Below, piece after piece: positions 28,827-37,849 of a stretch of 64,000 nucleotides of DNA. This DNA is from an uncultured Clostridia bacterium (GTDB lineage Bacteria; Bacillota; Clostridia; Christensenellales; UBA1242). A program made the translations under genes and the position numbers. The notes below the pieces were generated by a model that worked only from the letters and a program-made list of their open reading frames with translations, had not been told where the DNA came from and ran no database searches. Positions within the stretch are counted from its first letter, which is position 1. Each line of letters begins with the position of its first letter. The stretch is from NCBI GenBank assembly GCA_944350015.1, contig CALVNW010000001.1:115183-179182 (forward strand), read 5' to 3'.

Positions 28827-29429
28827 ATGATAATAACAATTGATGGAGCTGATGGAGTTGGAAAAACATCTTTAGCACAGAAATTAAAAATTTATTATAA
28901 TTGTACATTAATAGAAAAACCAATTTATACATATTATAAAAGAGAATTTGGGGAAAACTGGAAAATTTTAGCAGACAAAGCGATGCAAGATAACTTAGCA
29001 GATAACTTAACTGATGAAGATAAAGTAAGGTTCGTTTGTAAATTTTTAGTTTACCTAAAGAATATATTAAACAAAAATGATTTATATATAATAGATAGAG
29101 GATTATTATCTTGTTATATTTACAATGGTAATGAAAAAACAAATCACATATTTGATAAACTTATAGAAAATGGAATTGGATTTGACTTAAGTATTTTATT
29201 AGATGCTGATACAGGCATAAGAAAGCAAAGACTCCTTTATAGAGATAAGAAAATAGATAGTAAAGTATTAGGGCTTAGGGTAGATAGGGCTTTGTCATAT
29301 GCAAAATCAAGAAATATGAATTTTGAGTATATAAATACAACAAAATTAAGTATAGATGAAGTTTTTGAACAATCAAAAGCAATGATAAACCGAAATATAA
29401 GAGAACATTTTGATGAAAGGGAATTATAA
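28827..29429 (+). CDS. P-loop kinase, thymidylate-kinase-like
   Basis: Walker A IDGADGVGKTS and a DRGLLS motif. It lacks the REPGGT-type motif of the canonical Tmk encoded at 55467-56111. Confidence 0.6.
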   Translation: MIITIDGADGVGKTSLAQKLKIYYNCTLIEKPIYTYYKREFGENWKILADKAMQDNLADNLTDEDKVRFVCKFLVYLKNILNKNDLYIIDRGLLSCYIYNGNEKTNHIFDKLIENGIGFDLSILLDADTGIRKQRLLYRDKKIDSKVLGLRVDRALSYAKSRNMNFEYINTTKLSIDEVFEQSKAMINRNIREHFDEREL

Positions 29430-29431
29430 AT

Positions 29432-30289
29432 ATGGAAATATATGAATGTCCACAAATTATAGAGATTCAATTTTGCAACTTATGTAACTCAAATTGTTTG
29501 ATTTGTCCTTACAAAGATATGAAATATAAGGCGGAGTATATGTCAAGCTCTTTGTTTTTTAAATTTATCAATGAGTTAAAAACATTAAACATAAAAAGAA
29601 TTATACCATATTTAAATAATGAACCATTTATAGATAAAAATTATATAGATAAAGTAAAAATAATACGAGAGAATTGTCCGAATGTAGAAATAGAAATATC
29701 TACAAATGCTTCATTATTGACAGAAAATATAATGTTTGAATTATTGAAATTAAATATTACTGAACTAAGATTAAGTGTATTTGGGTATTATAAAAAGACA
29801 TATAACAAAATGATGCCCAATTTAACAAAAAATGTTGTATTTGAAAATCTACACAAATTATCCAAAATTTTTAAAAATGCTAACACAAAAATTTCAATAG
29901 TTATGATTGATAATGGACAAATAGAAGAAATCGAAATCCAAAAAATGAAAAATCTTGCGACCAATTTGAATTTTGAGTTTAACAAATGGGGATTTCTTGA
30001 TAGGGCAAAAAATGTTAAAGGACAATCAAATGACTTTTATAATGATAAAGTAAATTTTTGTGAACAATTAAGGCCACTAAAAAGAATGCATATACTTGCC
30101 AATGGAGACGTCATTTTTTGCTGTCAAGATTGGAGACATAGGTATATTGTGGGCAATTTGAACAAAAATTCAATACTTGAAATTTGGAATTCTGAAAAAT
30201 ATAACTCTTTAAGAAAACAATTGTATGATAAAAATTTACTTGCTCCAGAGTTATGTTGTAATTGTAAATTAGCACATATTAAGGAGTAA
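29432..30289 (+). CDS. radical SAM enzyme with C-terminal SPASM/twitch-like Cys cluster
   Basis: CNSNCLIC (CX3CX2C) near the N-terminus. C-terminal C...GDVIFCCQD...GNL...EIW...CCNC. Confidence 0.75.
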   Translation: MEIYECPQIIEIQFCNLCNSNCLICPYKDMKYKAEYMSSSLFFKFINELKTLNIKRIIPYLNNEPFIDKNYIDKVKIIRENCPNVEIEISTNASLLTENIMFELLKLNITELRLSVFGYYKKTYNKMMPNLTKNVVFENLHKLSKIFKNANTKISIVMIDNGQIEEIEIQKMKNLATNLNFEFNKWGFLDRAKNVKGQSNDFYNDKVNFCEQLRPLKRMHILANGDVIFCCQDWRHRYIVGNLNKNSILEIWNSEKYNSLRKQLYDKNLLAPELCCNCKLAHIKE

Positions 30290-30291
30290 GT

Positions 30292-31758
30292 ATGAAAGTA
30301 GGAATTTATTATTTTAGAACATTATATACACAATCAGCGGCCTCCCTTTCGGTTGGCAAATTGTCGAATAAACTTTTAAACAATGGATATGAAGTAAATT
30401 TATTTTTGCTAAATCAAAGCAATATTTATGATAATATTTTTAATTTAAAAAATGTAGAAAATTTAGATTGTTTAATTTATAAGTGCAATTATAAAGATTT
30501 TGAATTTGGTATCAAGTTTTTTAAAAAGATATATGAAAAATATCATAAAAAAATATTTTTAACGGGTGTTTTCGCATGTTTAAATAAAAATAGAATTGAA
30601 GAAAAGTATAGTTTTCTTAAAATATTCAATCTTCTAAATGATGAGGATATAAATTTAACATTTCCTTATGTTGCTACTAAAATTCAAAAAGAAACTGTAA
30701 TTTGCAATGTTGATAGAGAAATTGAGCTAAACGAGCATAGCAAATACATTAATATAGAATTAACCAATAGTTGTAATAAAAAATGCGAATTTTGTCATAT
30801 TAATTTATTAAATCATACAAAAATAGATAAAAATATATACGAATTAGTCAATGAAATAGAATCTCTTATTAAATGTAATAAAAGATTTTTTATATTTAAT
30901 GATTGCATTTTTTGGACAGGAGAACAAGATAACGAAAAAATACTTGAATTTTGCAAAGAGGTAAAGCGAAGAAAACTAGTTTTTAGTTTTTACATTTATC
31001 TTTCATTAACACCTTTAATTCCTGATAAGCTCTTGAAAGAATTAAAAGATATTGGACTTGTAAGAGTTTTTTTTGGTGTTGAGAATATTTCAAGCGACTT
31101 CTCAAATCATTATTTGAAATTCTTGTCAACGCAGAACACAGAAAGAATGATACAAAAATTGAATGCTTGCAAAATATCTTATCATATTGGATTTATTTTA
31201 TTTTATAAACAGGTATCTTATAATTCTTTATTAGACAACCTAAATTACTTACGAACATTAGGAAAACTTTTCAGATTAGGTATAATTATAGAAAAACTAA
31301 GAATTTTACCACACACTAAAGATGCTTGTTATCTTACTGAAAACAAAGATAAAATAGATATGGCTTATAATTATAATTTTGATGATGAAAAAGTTGAAAA
31401 AATATTTAATAATCTTACACATTTGTTTAAGAATATCAACATTCGCAATTTTGAACAATTTTTTAATGGAATTTCACTTGCCGAAAGTTTATTAATAAGA
31501 TACAATAAATATGATAGTTATAAAAAGGAATTAAATGATTATTATAATTTAAAAATAGATGTAAATAATAAACTTTATGATATAATAATTGATATAATAG
31601 AAAAAGACGAAATTAATGAAGATCACATTAACGAAATCAAACTTTTGTATTCTGCTAGCGAAATAAATTATACTTTTTTCTTTAAAAAATTATTGACTTT
31701 AGATTTTGATATTTTTTCTATGATACCACATGGGCAGGAGACATTAAATTTATGGTAA
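30292..31758 (+). CDS. radical SAM enzyme with N-terminal B12-binding-type domain (class B-like)
   Basis: The N-terminal ~100 aa have a Rossmann-like pattern (SLSVGKLSNKLLNNGYEV...IFLTGVF). This is followed by CNKKCEFC and GVENIS. Confidence 0.65.
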   Translation: MKVGIYYFRTLYTQSAASLSVGKLSNKLLNNGYEVNLFLLNQSNIYDNIFNLKNVENLDCLIYKCNYKDFEFGIKFFKKIYEKYHKKIFLTGVFACLNKNRIEEKYSFLKIFNLLNDEDINLTFPYVATKIQKETVICNVDREIELNEHSKYINIELTNSCNKKCEFCHINLLNHTKIDKNIYELVNEIESLIKCNKRFFIFNDCIFWTGEQDNEKILEFCKEVKRRKLVFSFYIYLSLTPLIPDKLLKELKDIGLVRVFFGVENISSDFSNHYLKFLSTQNTERMIQKLNACKISYHIGFILFYKQVSYNSLLDNLNYLRTLGKLFRLGIIIEKLRILPHTKDACYLTENKDKIDMAYNYNFDDEKVEKIFNNLTHLFKNINIRNFEQFFNGISLAESLLIRYNKYDSYKKELNDYYNLKIDVNNKLYDIIIDIIEKDEINEDHINEIKLLYSASEINYTFFFKKLLTLDFDIFSMIPHGQETLNLW

Positions 31759-32636
31759 TCGCGTTTGAGGGGAATGTACATTCGGGTAAAACATATTTTA
31801 CAAAGCAATTTTTGCATAAACATAAAGATTTTACATTTATACCCGAAATACATTTCATTGAAAAGCCAAACCAATTTGAGCAACAAGAATATTATATAAA
31901 AGAAGAAATATCAAAAAAATCCAATAACCTTGACAAAAATATTTTACTAGATAGATCAATAATATCAACAATTATATTTACTCAATATACAACAATGTTA
32001 ACAAAACAAGATAAGAAATTCTTATTAGATAAAATCGAAAAGGCTATTTTAAATAAAGATTTGTTCTTCCCAGATATTGTTTATATTTTCCTCTATCCTT
32101 TTAATAAAATAGTAGATAACCATAATATTTTATACAAAACAAAACATACTCAAAATGAACTTGCTACATATGATTACTATTGCTTTACACTGAAAATTCT
32201 TTCAAATTTAAGCAATAAGTATAGAATAGTATATAATGATGATGACAGGCAAATTTTAGAAGTAAAAAATATAAAATTAAATCAAACTCAAAATAATATT
32301 ATAGCAATTAATTTAACAAAAATTAATTCAGAATATAATTTGAATAAATTTTACGAAAAATATATAATTAAAAGGGAAAAGGTTGATGAGAACTTTTTAA
32401 AAGCACTATTGTATTTTGCAAAAAGCTTAAACAATAATAATTTTTCAGCATTAATATATGATATTTATAAGAACATTCCTTTAATTTATCATTTTAAAAC
32501 AAAAGATGTTATAAACATTATAAAGAATTCGCTTAATTGTGAACTTCAAATTGATCTAAACAAAAAAAATAATGTTGTTTTTTTAATAGACATAATGGAA
32601 TTTATAAAAAATTATAGGGGGGAGATAAAATGTTGA
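31752..32636 (+). CDS. deoxynucleoside-kinase-like P-loop kinase fused to an unknown ~130-aa C-terminal region
   Basis: Walker A FEGNVHSGKT and the LLDRSIIS motif (dNK/TMK family). Overlaps the upstream gene by 7 nt. Confidence 0.55.
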   Translation: MVIAFEGNVHSGKTYFTKQFLHKHKDFTFIPEIHFIEKPNQFEQQEYYIKEEISKKSNNLDKNILLDRSIISTIIFTQYTTMLTKQDKKFLLDKIEKAILNKDLFFPDIVYIFLYPFNKIVDNHNILYKTKHTQNELATYDYYCFTLKILSNLSNKYRIVYNDDDRQILEVKNIKLNQTQNNIIAINLTKINSEYNLNKFYEKYIIKREKVDENFLKALLYFAKSLNNNNFSALIYDIYKNIPLIYHFKTKDVINIIKNSLNCELQIDLNKKNNVVFLIDIMEFIKNYRGEIKC

Positions 32637-33832
32637 TATTCCTTATATTATCAGTTTCAATTATAATGTTTTCAATATTAAAAGCACTTTATAGGCTAAT
32701 AAGAGTTAAAAAATTCCTTTTTAGTAGCAAAGTTTCTTTGGATAATTCAATGATGGGTAATAATAAAAAAATTGATATAATTATCCCCGTTTACAATGAA
32801 ACTAAAACAGTTGAAAATAGCATAAGCTATTTTTCTAGGTTAGATAATTATTGTAATATATATTATGTCACAACCAATAAAGAAAAAAGTAAAGATACTT
32901 ATAAAAAGATTCTTTATTTGATAGATAAATACAAAACGAAGAATGTTTTTCTTTATAACTGCCCAAATACTACAGGAACTATGGCTACACAACTAAATTA
33001 TATTGCGAAGAAATTGCCTAATGACAGCATTATTGGGATATATAATGTAGACTCTTTTCCAAAACCAGATACATTTCTATATGTATTAAATCACATAAAA
33101 AAAGGATCCCCCTTGCAACAGGTATCCTATTTTAACGATAATAAAAAATTCATAATGTCCAGTGCGCAAAATTGGCAAAATAGATGGTCTGTTGTTTATG
33201 AACTAGGTAAATATACTAGTAAAGCAAAATTAAATTTTACATATAGTATCGGACACGGTTTTTTTATTTATAAGTCTGATTTAGATAAATATGGCTATTG
33301 GTCCGATACAGAAATTAATGAAGACAATGAATTTGGCTATAGAATTTTAATAAACAATGGTAAAATATATTCCATTCCTTTTTTTGAACAAGCTGGATTC
33401 GCTAAAAATGTATCAGTTTATATAAAACAACAATCGACATGGTTTAATGGTCCATTGTATGCTTTTAGTTATTTTAAAAAGAATAAAAAAAATTTTCATA
33501 ATTTTTTATTATCATGTTTAAATTTTAAAGCTGCAGTAAGTTGGCTATTTTATCCAATTTTTTCACTCATAATTTTTATTTTAGGATTTATCTTCAATTA
33601 CTGGTATATTTCGATCATTTTATTTGTCGAAATGTTTATTTATATTACAATTATTAACTATCTCTCATACAAAATTTTAAAAGTATATTTACCAAAATTA
33701 AAATACTCGCTAACATCAGTTTTAACTGATTTTCTCTTTTTTTTAATTCATTCTTTTGGTCCTTGCCTAACATTGTGCAAAGTTATTTTAAGAAAAAATA
33801 CGATTAACAATAAATACAATACAGAAAAATAA
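32630..33832 (+). CDS. integral-membrane family-2 glycosyltransferase (processive-synthase-like motifs)
   Basis: N-terminal TM helix. Motifs IDIIIPVYNE, NVDS, EDNEFGYR and QQSTW (QxxRW-like). At least 3 C-terminal TM helices. Confidence 0.7.
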   Translation: MLIFLILSVSIIMFSILKALYRLIRVKKFLFSSKVSLDNSMMGNNKKIDIIIPVYNETKTVENSISYFSRLDNYCNIYYVTTNKEKSKDTYKKILYLIDKYKTKNVFLYNCPNTTGTMATQLNYIAKKLPNDSIIGIYNVDSFPKPDTFLYVLNHIKKGSPLQQVSYFNDNKKFIMSSAQNWQNRWSVVYELGKYTSKAKLNFTYSIGHGFFIYKSDLDKYGYWSDTEINEDNEFGYRILINNGKIYSIPFFEQAGFAKNVSVYIKQQSTWFNGPLYAFSYFKKNKKNFHNFLLSCLNFKAAVSWLFYPIFSLIIFILGFIFNYWYISIILFVEMFIYITIINYLSYKILKVYLPKLKYSLTSVLTDFLFFLIHSFGPCLTLCKVILRKNTINNKYNTEK

Positions 33833-33851
33833 AGATATGAAATACATATCC

Positions 33852-34370
33852 TTATTTTTTGTGGACTCCTCTTGCCTTTCTCATTTCAAAAAGTGCTGAA
33901 ATGAAAGATGGGTAGTAACCTATAAAATTTTTTGATTCTATCATTTTCAAAATTTCTTCCTTTGTTGCCCATTTGACGGCTTGAACTTCATTATCTTTAA
34001 AAGTAACTTCATCTAAAGATACATCTTTTTCAATTAAATAGAAATCATCAAAACCATTGTCAAAATTAATGGTCATATATGGTCGCTCATTCGAAAAATC
34101 ATAATCTAAGCCAAGTTCTTCGCTCAATTCTCTTCTTGCAGCTTGCCTTGAGTTTTCTCCTGCTTGAACACATCCACCTAATGTGATGTCCCAAGCATTG
34201 GGCCACGATTTTTTGGTGCTTTGTCGCTGTTGAATAAGCATTTCACCTTTTTTATTAAAAATACATATATGTATAACCAGTCTACAAAGATCAGAAGGAC
34301 AATTTTCTCCGCGCTCAATAGTTTTGCCTACTAACTGCCTATCATTATTATATAAGTCCCATTTTTCCAT
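33852..34370 (-). CDS. Nudix hydrolase
   Basis: Nudix box GGCVQAGENSRQAARRELSEELGL. The start is set at the ATG 9 nt after AGGAG. Confidence 0.8.
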   Translation of the reverse strand: MEKWDLYNNDRQLVGKTIERGENCPSDLCRLVIHICIFNKKGEMLIQQRQSTKKSWPNAWDITLGGCVQAGENSRQAARRELSEELGLDYDFSNERPYMTINFDNGFDDFYLIEKDVSLDEVTFKDNEVQAVKWATKEEILKMIESKNFIGYYPSFISALFEMRKARGVHKK

Positions 34371-34417
34371 AATCACAAACTCCTTTTTAATAATATAACA
34401 TAATTAATGTAAAAAAA

Positions 34418-35053
34418 TCAACTTTTTTTCAAAACAAAAATAATAAAGGGTTTATTTTTAAACCATTTCTTAACTTGTAAAATTTTTTTTACAAACTTTC
34501 TATCGTCAAATCTTTTAATTTCAACGATTTGAAAGTTAGCTGAATCTAGAATTTTCAGCCAGTCTTTTTTGGACATAAATCTTTCGTTTCCATATGTTGC
34601 CTCTTTTTTATTAAAAAAGTTTGTTGGTACGCTAATTATATTATATTGGCAAAAATTAAATATGTTTTTGATTGCTTTTATTATCATTTTATCATTAAAA
34701 TGTTCGTAAACACCATTTGAAAATGCAACATCAAATTGTCTATCAAATTTGCAATTTATTATATCCTCTTTTAAATATTCCGGTATGTTTTCATTCTCTT
34801 TAGCTATATTTGAAATTTGTTTAGCTAGATTTATCATCTTTTCATCATTATCTATAGATACTACCTTATAACCTATTTGTGCTAGATATAAAGATATAAT
34901 ACCTGTTCCGCAACCAGTTTCAATGATTGTCTTGTTATTTGCATATTTTTCTATTATCTTGATATAATTTTTTTTATATTTAACTTTATTTTCTATGTAT
35001 TTTTTTACACCTTTTTTATTAATTTCATCTTTATAAACTTTAATCCATTCCAT
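34418..35053 (-). CDS. class I SAM-dependent methyltransferase
   Basis: Motif I IIETGCGTGIIS. The start is set at MEWIKVY after AAGGTGG. Confidence 0.7.
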   Translation of the reverse strand: MEWIKVYKDEINKKGVKKYIENKVKYKKNYIKIIEKYANNKTIIETGCGTGIISLYLAQIGYKVVSIDNDEKMINLAKQISNIAKENENIPEYLKEDIINCKFDRQFDVAFSNGVYEHFNDKMIIKAIKNIFNFCQYNIISVPTNFFNKKEATYGNERFMSKKDWLKILDSANFQIVEIKRFDDRKFVKKILQVKKWFKNKPFIIFVLKKS

Positions 35054-35233
35054 ATATACCCACCTTATTAAATAACATAAAAACACATTAAATAATTTAT
35101 CTCTTTAATTAAGATAATGATTTATGCTTATTAATAATATATTATAAACTATACAAAAATTTAGTCAAATGTTTTGAAGGCCGGAATTTAGATTAACAAA
35201 AAATATCAATATAAATATTTCGGCATAGAAATT

Positions 35234-35588
35234 ATGGAAGCGCAAGCAAAATACATTTTTGAAAACTTGGAATTTGATAAAATCGAAAATGGATATTTTG
35301 TTGCAAGTCATCGAACTTTGCCACTTTTTCCAAAAATAGAAAAACTTTTGCTTTGTCAAAAAGAGCAAACGGAGCACAACAAACTTATCTATGGCAAATA
35401 CTACAACACCAAATATCTTGACTATGTCTTTGTGAATGAAATTGTGATTTACTTCTTCCTGACTATGTAGCTCACAAATTTTGTGAGATTTTAAAGAAGA
35501 ATAAACTCAAACACCATTCGCTTTCACGATTTGAGGCACAGTTGTGCAAGTTTGCTTGTTGCTAATGGCGTGCTAATTTTGTGATTAA
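35234..35588 (+). pseudogene. tyrosine integrase pseudogene (N- and C-terminally truncated, two in-frame stops)
   Basis: Reads ...RTLPLFPKIEKLL...YLDYVFVNE...*LTNFVRF*RRINSNTIRFHDLRHSCASLLVANGV and then stops. The catalytic-Tyr segment is absent. Confidence 0.75.
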
Positions 35589-35589
35589 A

Positions 35590-35624
35590 ACAAAAAATCT
35601 AGCGACTGTCAAAATCGCTAGATT
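35590..35624 (-). terminator. intrinsic terminator immediately 3' of the mini-tRNA copy
   Basis: The minus strand reads AATCTAGCGA-TTTTGACAG-TCGCTAGATT followed by TTTTTTG. Confidence 0.6.
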
Positions 35625-35644
35625 GCCCATAAGTATTGGGGGGA

Positions 35645-35698
35645 TGGTGCACCCAGAGGAGTTCGAATCCCCAACCTTTCGTTATGCTTTCTGGGTGC
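35645..35698 (-). pseudogene. internally deleted tRNA-Arg copy (acceptor stem, T arm and 3' anticodon-stem strand only)
   Basis: The minus strand reads GCACCCA-GAAAGCATA-ACGAA-AGGTT-GGGGA-TTCGAAC-TCCTC-TGGGTGC-A-CCA. The D arm, 5' anticodon stem and loop are missing. Confidence 0.75.
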
Positions 35699-35862
35699 AA
35701 ATCTCAAGTTCTGCGTAAATTTTTACACCCAAAAACAACTAAAACGCCCAAAACGACTTGTGTTTTTACACATTTCACACCTAAACAATACAACATAAAT
35801 ACACAAAAAGTCAACCGTATTGGTTGGCTTTTTTCATATCTAAAAACAAAGGAGAACTACAA

Positions 35863-36381
35863 ATGAAAGTAATAACAACAATGCAAGAAGCATTACAAGA
35901 ACTACCTAATACAAACCTAACTCCGAACGTAGTAAAGGACGTATTACTAAATACGTACCTGTTTGAAACAGAGTTCAAAGGTAGTACAATAAATCAAATA
36001 ATAATACTAGATAAAGATGACAACTACGTACCACCAAATACGACACCTGAAATAGAAGAAGATATAGACAACTACCATAAAACCCTGTACATAGTCTCTG
36101 ATACTGGCGAGGGTGTACTGACGTATTCCGAACAAATTCGAGGTATGGCTTCGACTCCCATCGTCCTTGACGATAATCAACGAATAATAACTTTGCTACA
36201 CAACGCAATTTCATACATAGAAGATACAATGTTGAATGGCGATAAACTAATAAACACGAAAATAGCAAATGAACTTGGCATCACCAACGAAGAATACGAA
36301 CATCTAATGAGTGAGTGTCCTGAGAGTGCTGACGATTCAACTAGTAACCTCGCCGAAAGGCGTAAAATCACTACCAAATAA
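35863..36381 (+). CDS. hypothetical protein (element-borne)
   Basis: ORF with an AAGGAG RBS at MKVITTMQ. No motif recognised. Confidence 0.5.
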   Translation: MKVITTMQEALQELPNTNLTPNVVKDVLLNTYLFETEFKGSTINQIIILDKDDNYVPPNTTPEIEEDIDNYHKTLYIVSDTGEGVLTYSEQIRGMASTPIVLDDNQRIITLLHNAISYIEDTMLNGDKLINTKIANELGITNEEYEHLMSECPESADDSTSNLAERRKITTK

Positions 36382-36458
36382 AAAACACTTGCCAAACCAT
36401 CAAAATTCCTATGGGGGTGGGTGGGCGTTCTTGGCATATTAAAATAAAGGAGTAAAAA

Positions 36459-36707
36459 ATGGATAATCTAATTGAACTTGTATGGAACAAGTTAGAAGAA
36501 ACCGAAAGAACTGGCGAAATGGAACGCCAACTAGACATAATAATTGAAAAAGAAAAGAAATTCACAAAAGAATTTTCAAAAGATAAGTTTGGCGAATATC
36601 TAGACCTATCTTTTGAAACACTTGCGTACGAAGGTATGAAGATTGAGCAAGCAATCAAAGTGACAATCGAAGTATTGAAAGATATTCAAAAACTAGTCGC
36701 CGTCTAG
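36459..36707 (+). CDS. hypothetical small helical protein (element-borne)
   Basis: ORF with an AAGGAG RBS. No motif recognised. Confidence 0.45.
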   Translation: MDNLIELVWNKLEETERTGEMERQLDIIIEKEKKFTKEFSKDKFGEYLDLSFETLAYEGMKIEQAIKVTIEVLKDIQKLVAV

Positions 36708-36763
36708 AAACTTATACGTAAAATGAACTATACTTAAAATGTTTGCAAAAAGGAGGCGAAAAT

Positions 36764-37720
36764 ATGCAAATACTATTCAAAGATTGGCTGATTGAATGGC
36801 TTGAAAGCAAGAAGAACAACATAAAATACCGAACATTTTTGAGATATAACGAACTGATAAAATTACACATACTTGAAAACTTGGGTAATGTTGAAATCAA
36901 AAACCTCAGTTTGCAAATGGTACAAGATTTCATAAATACTCAAATGGAAAAAGGAAACTTAAACAATGGTAAAGGTATGTCAACCAGCAGTGCAAAAACA
37001 ATGATAAGTATAATCAAAAATAGCGTTGACTACGCTGTTGATTGTGGAATACTAGAAGATAATAAAATAGCAAGAATGAAAAACCCTAAGTCAGTTGAAA
37101 GATACGTTGACGCATTCACGACACAAGACCAAATAAAGATTGAAAACTACATACAAAACAATGGAAGAAAAAATCACATTGGAATAATAATCTGCTTGTA
37201 CACAGGTTTGCGATTGGGTGAACTACTATCTCTCACTTGGGATGACATAGATTTTGAACATTCAATGTTAAAAGTAAATCGCACATATTCAGTAATCAAA
37301 AATGAAAATGGCGAATACATACAGCACATTGATACCCCTAAAACGTTCAGTTCTCGTAGAGTGATACCATTACCACCTTTCCTACTAAAAATACTTAAAC
37401 AACTAAAAAGGACTAGCACAAGCAACCACATTATCAATACTTGCCATAATACGCTAGTAAGTCCTCGTTCGTATCAAAGAACGTTTGAAAAGATAACACG
37501 CAAAGCAAATGTACCTAAAAAGAATTTTCACTCACTACGTCACACATTTGCGACACGTGCTCTTGAAAATGGAATGGATGTCAAAACTCTAAGCAAGATA
37601 CTAGGACATAAAAACCCTATGATTACACTCACAAAATATGGGCATAGTTTGATTGAAACTAAACGCAAGATGATGAATGCCCTTGCTAAAATCTCAGTTT
37701 ACAATCTCAAAAAAGTATAA
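36764..37720 (+). CDS. tyrosine recombinase / phage-type integrase (apparently intact)
   Basis: YTGLRLGELLSLTWDDID, HSLRHTFATRALENGMDVKTLSKILGH and a TKYGH C-terminal Tyr. The start is set after AAGGAGG. Confidence 0.85.
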   Translation: MQILFKDWLIEWLESKKNNIKYRTFLRYNELIKLHILENLGNVEIKNLSLQMVQDFINTQMEKGNLNNGKGMSTSSAKTMISIIKNSVDYAVDCGILEDNKIARMKNPKSVERYVDAFTTQDQIKIENYIQNNGRKNHIGIIICLYTGLRLGELLSLTWDDIDFEHSMLKVNRTYSVIKNENGEYIQHIDTPKTFSSRRVIPLPPFLLKILKQLKRTSTSNHIINTCHNTLVSPRSYQRTFEKITRKANVPKKNFHSLRHTFATRALENGMDVKTLSKILGHKNPMITLTKYGHSLIETKRKMMNALAKISVYNLKKV

Positions 37721-37849
37721 TAAATGACATCTTGCAAAAGTCACAAAATTCAGCCAAAAAATGAAACAAAAAATCCACCTATTTATTCAATTGGTGGACT
37801 GAATTTTTAAGTTCTTACATTCATTATAGCAGAAAAGAGGGACAAATAC

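Larger units (their letters stand above)
28461..35644. mobile_element. AT-rich genomic island (cargo operon plus integrase pseudogene) bounded by tRNA-Arg 3'-half repeats
   Basis: A 39-bp direct repeat (38/39) sits at 28416-28454 and 35645-35683. An integrase pseudogene lies at the right end. G+C is visibly much lower than in flanking genes. Confidence 0.65.

Noticed and set aside
28690-29142. 150-aa minus-strand ORF antisense to the island promoter and first kinase gene
   Set aside because: It is a low-complexity product of extremely AT-rich DNA. It overlaps a much better supported plus-strand operon with a consensus promoter and RBS.
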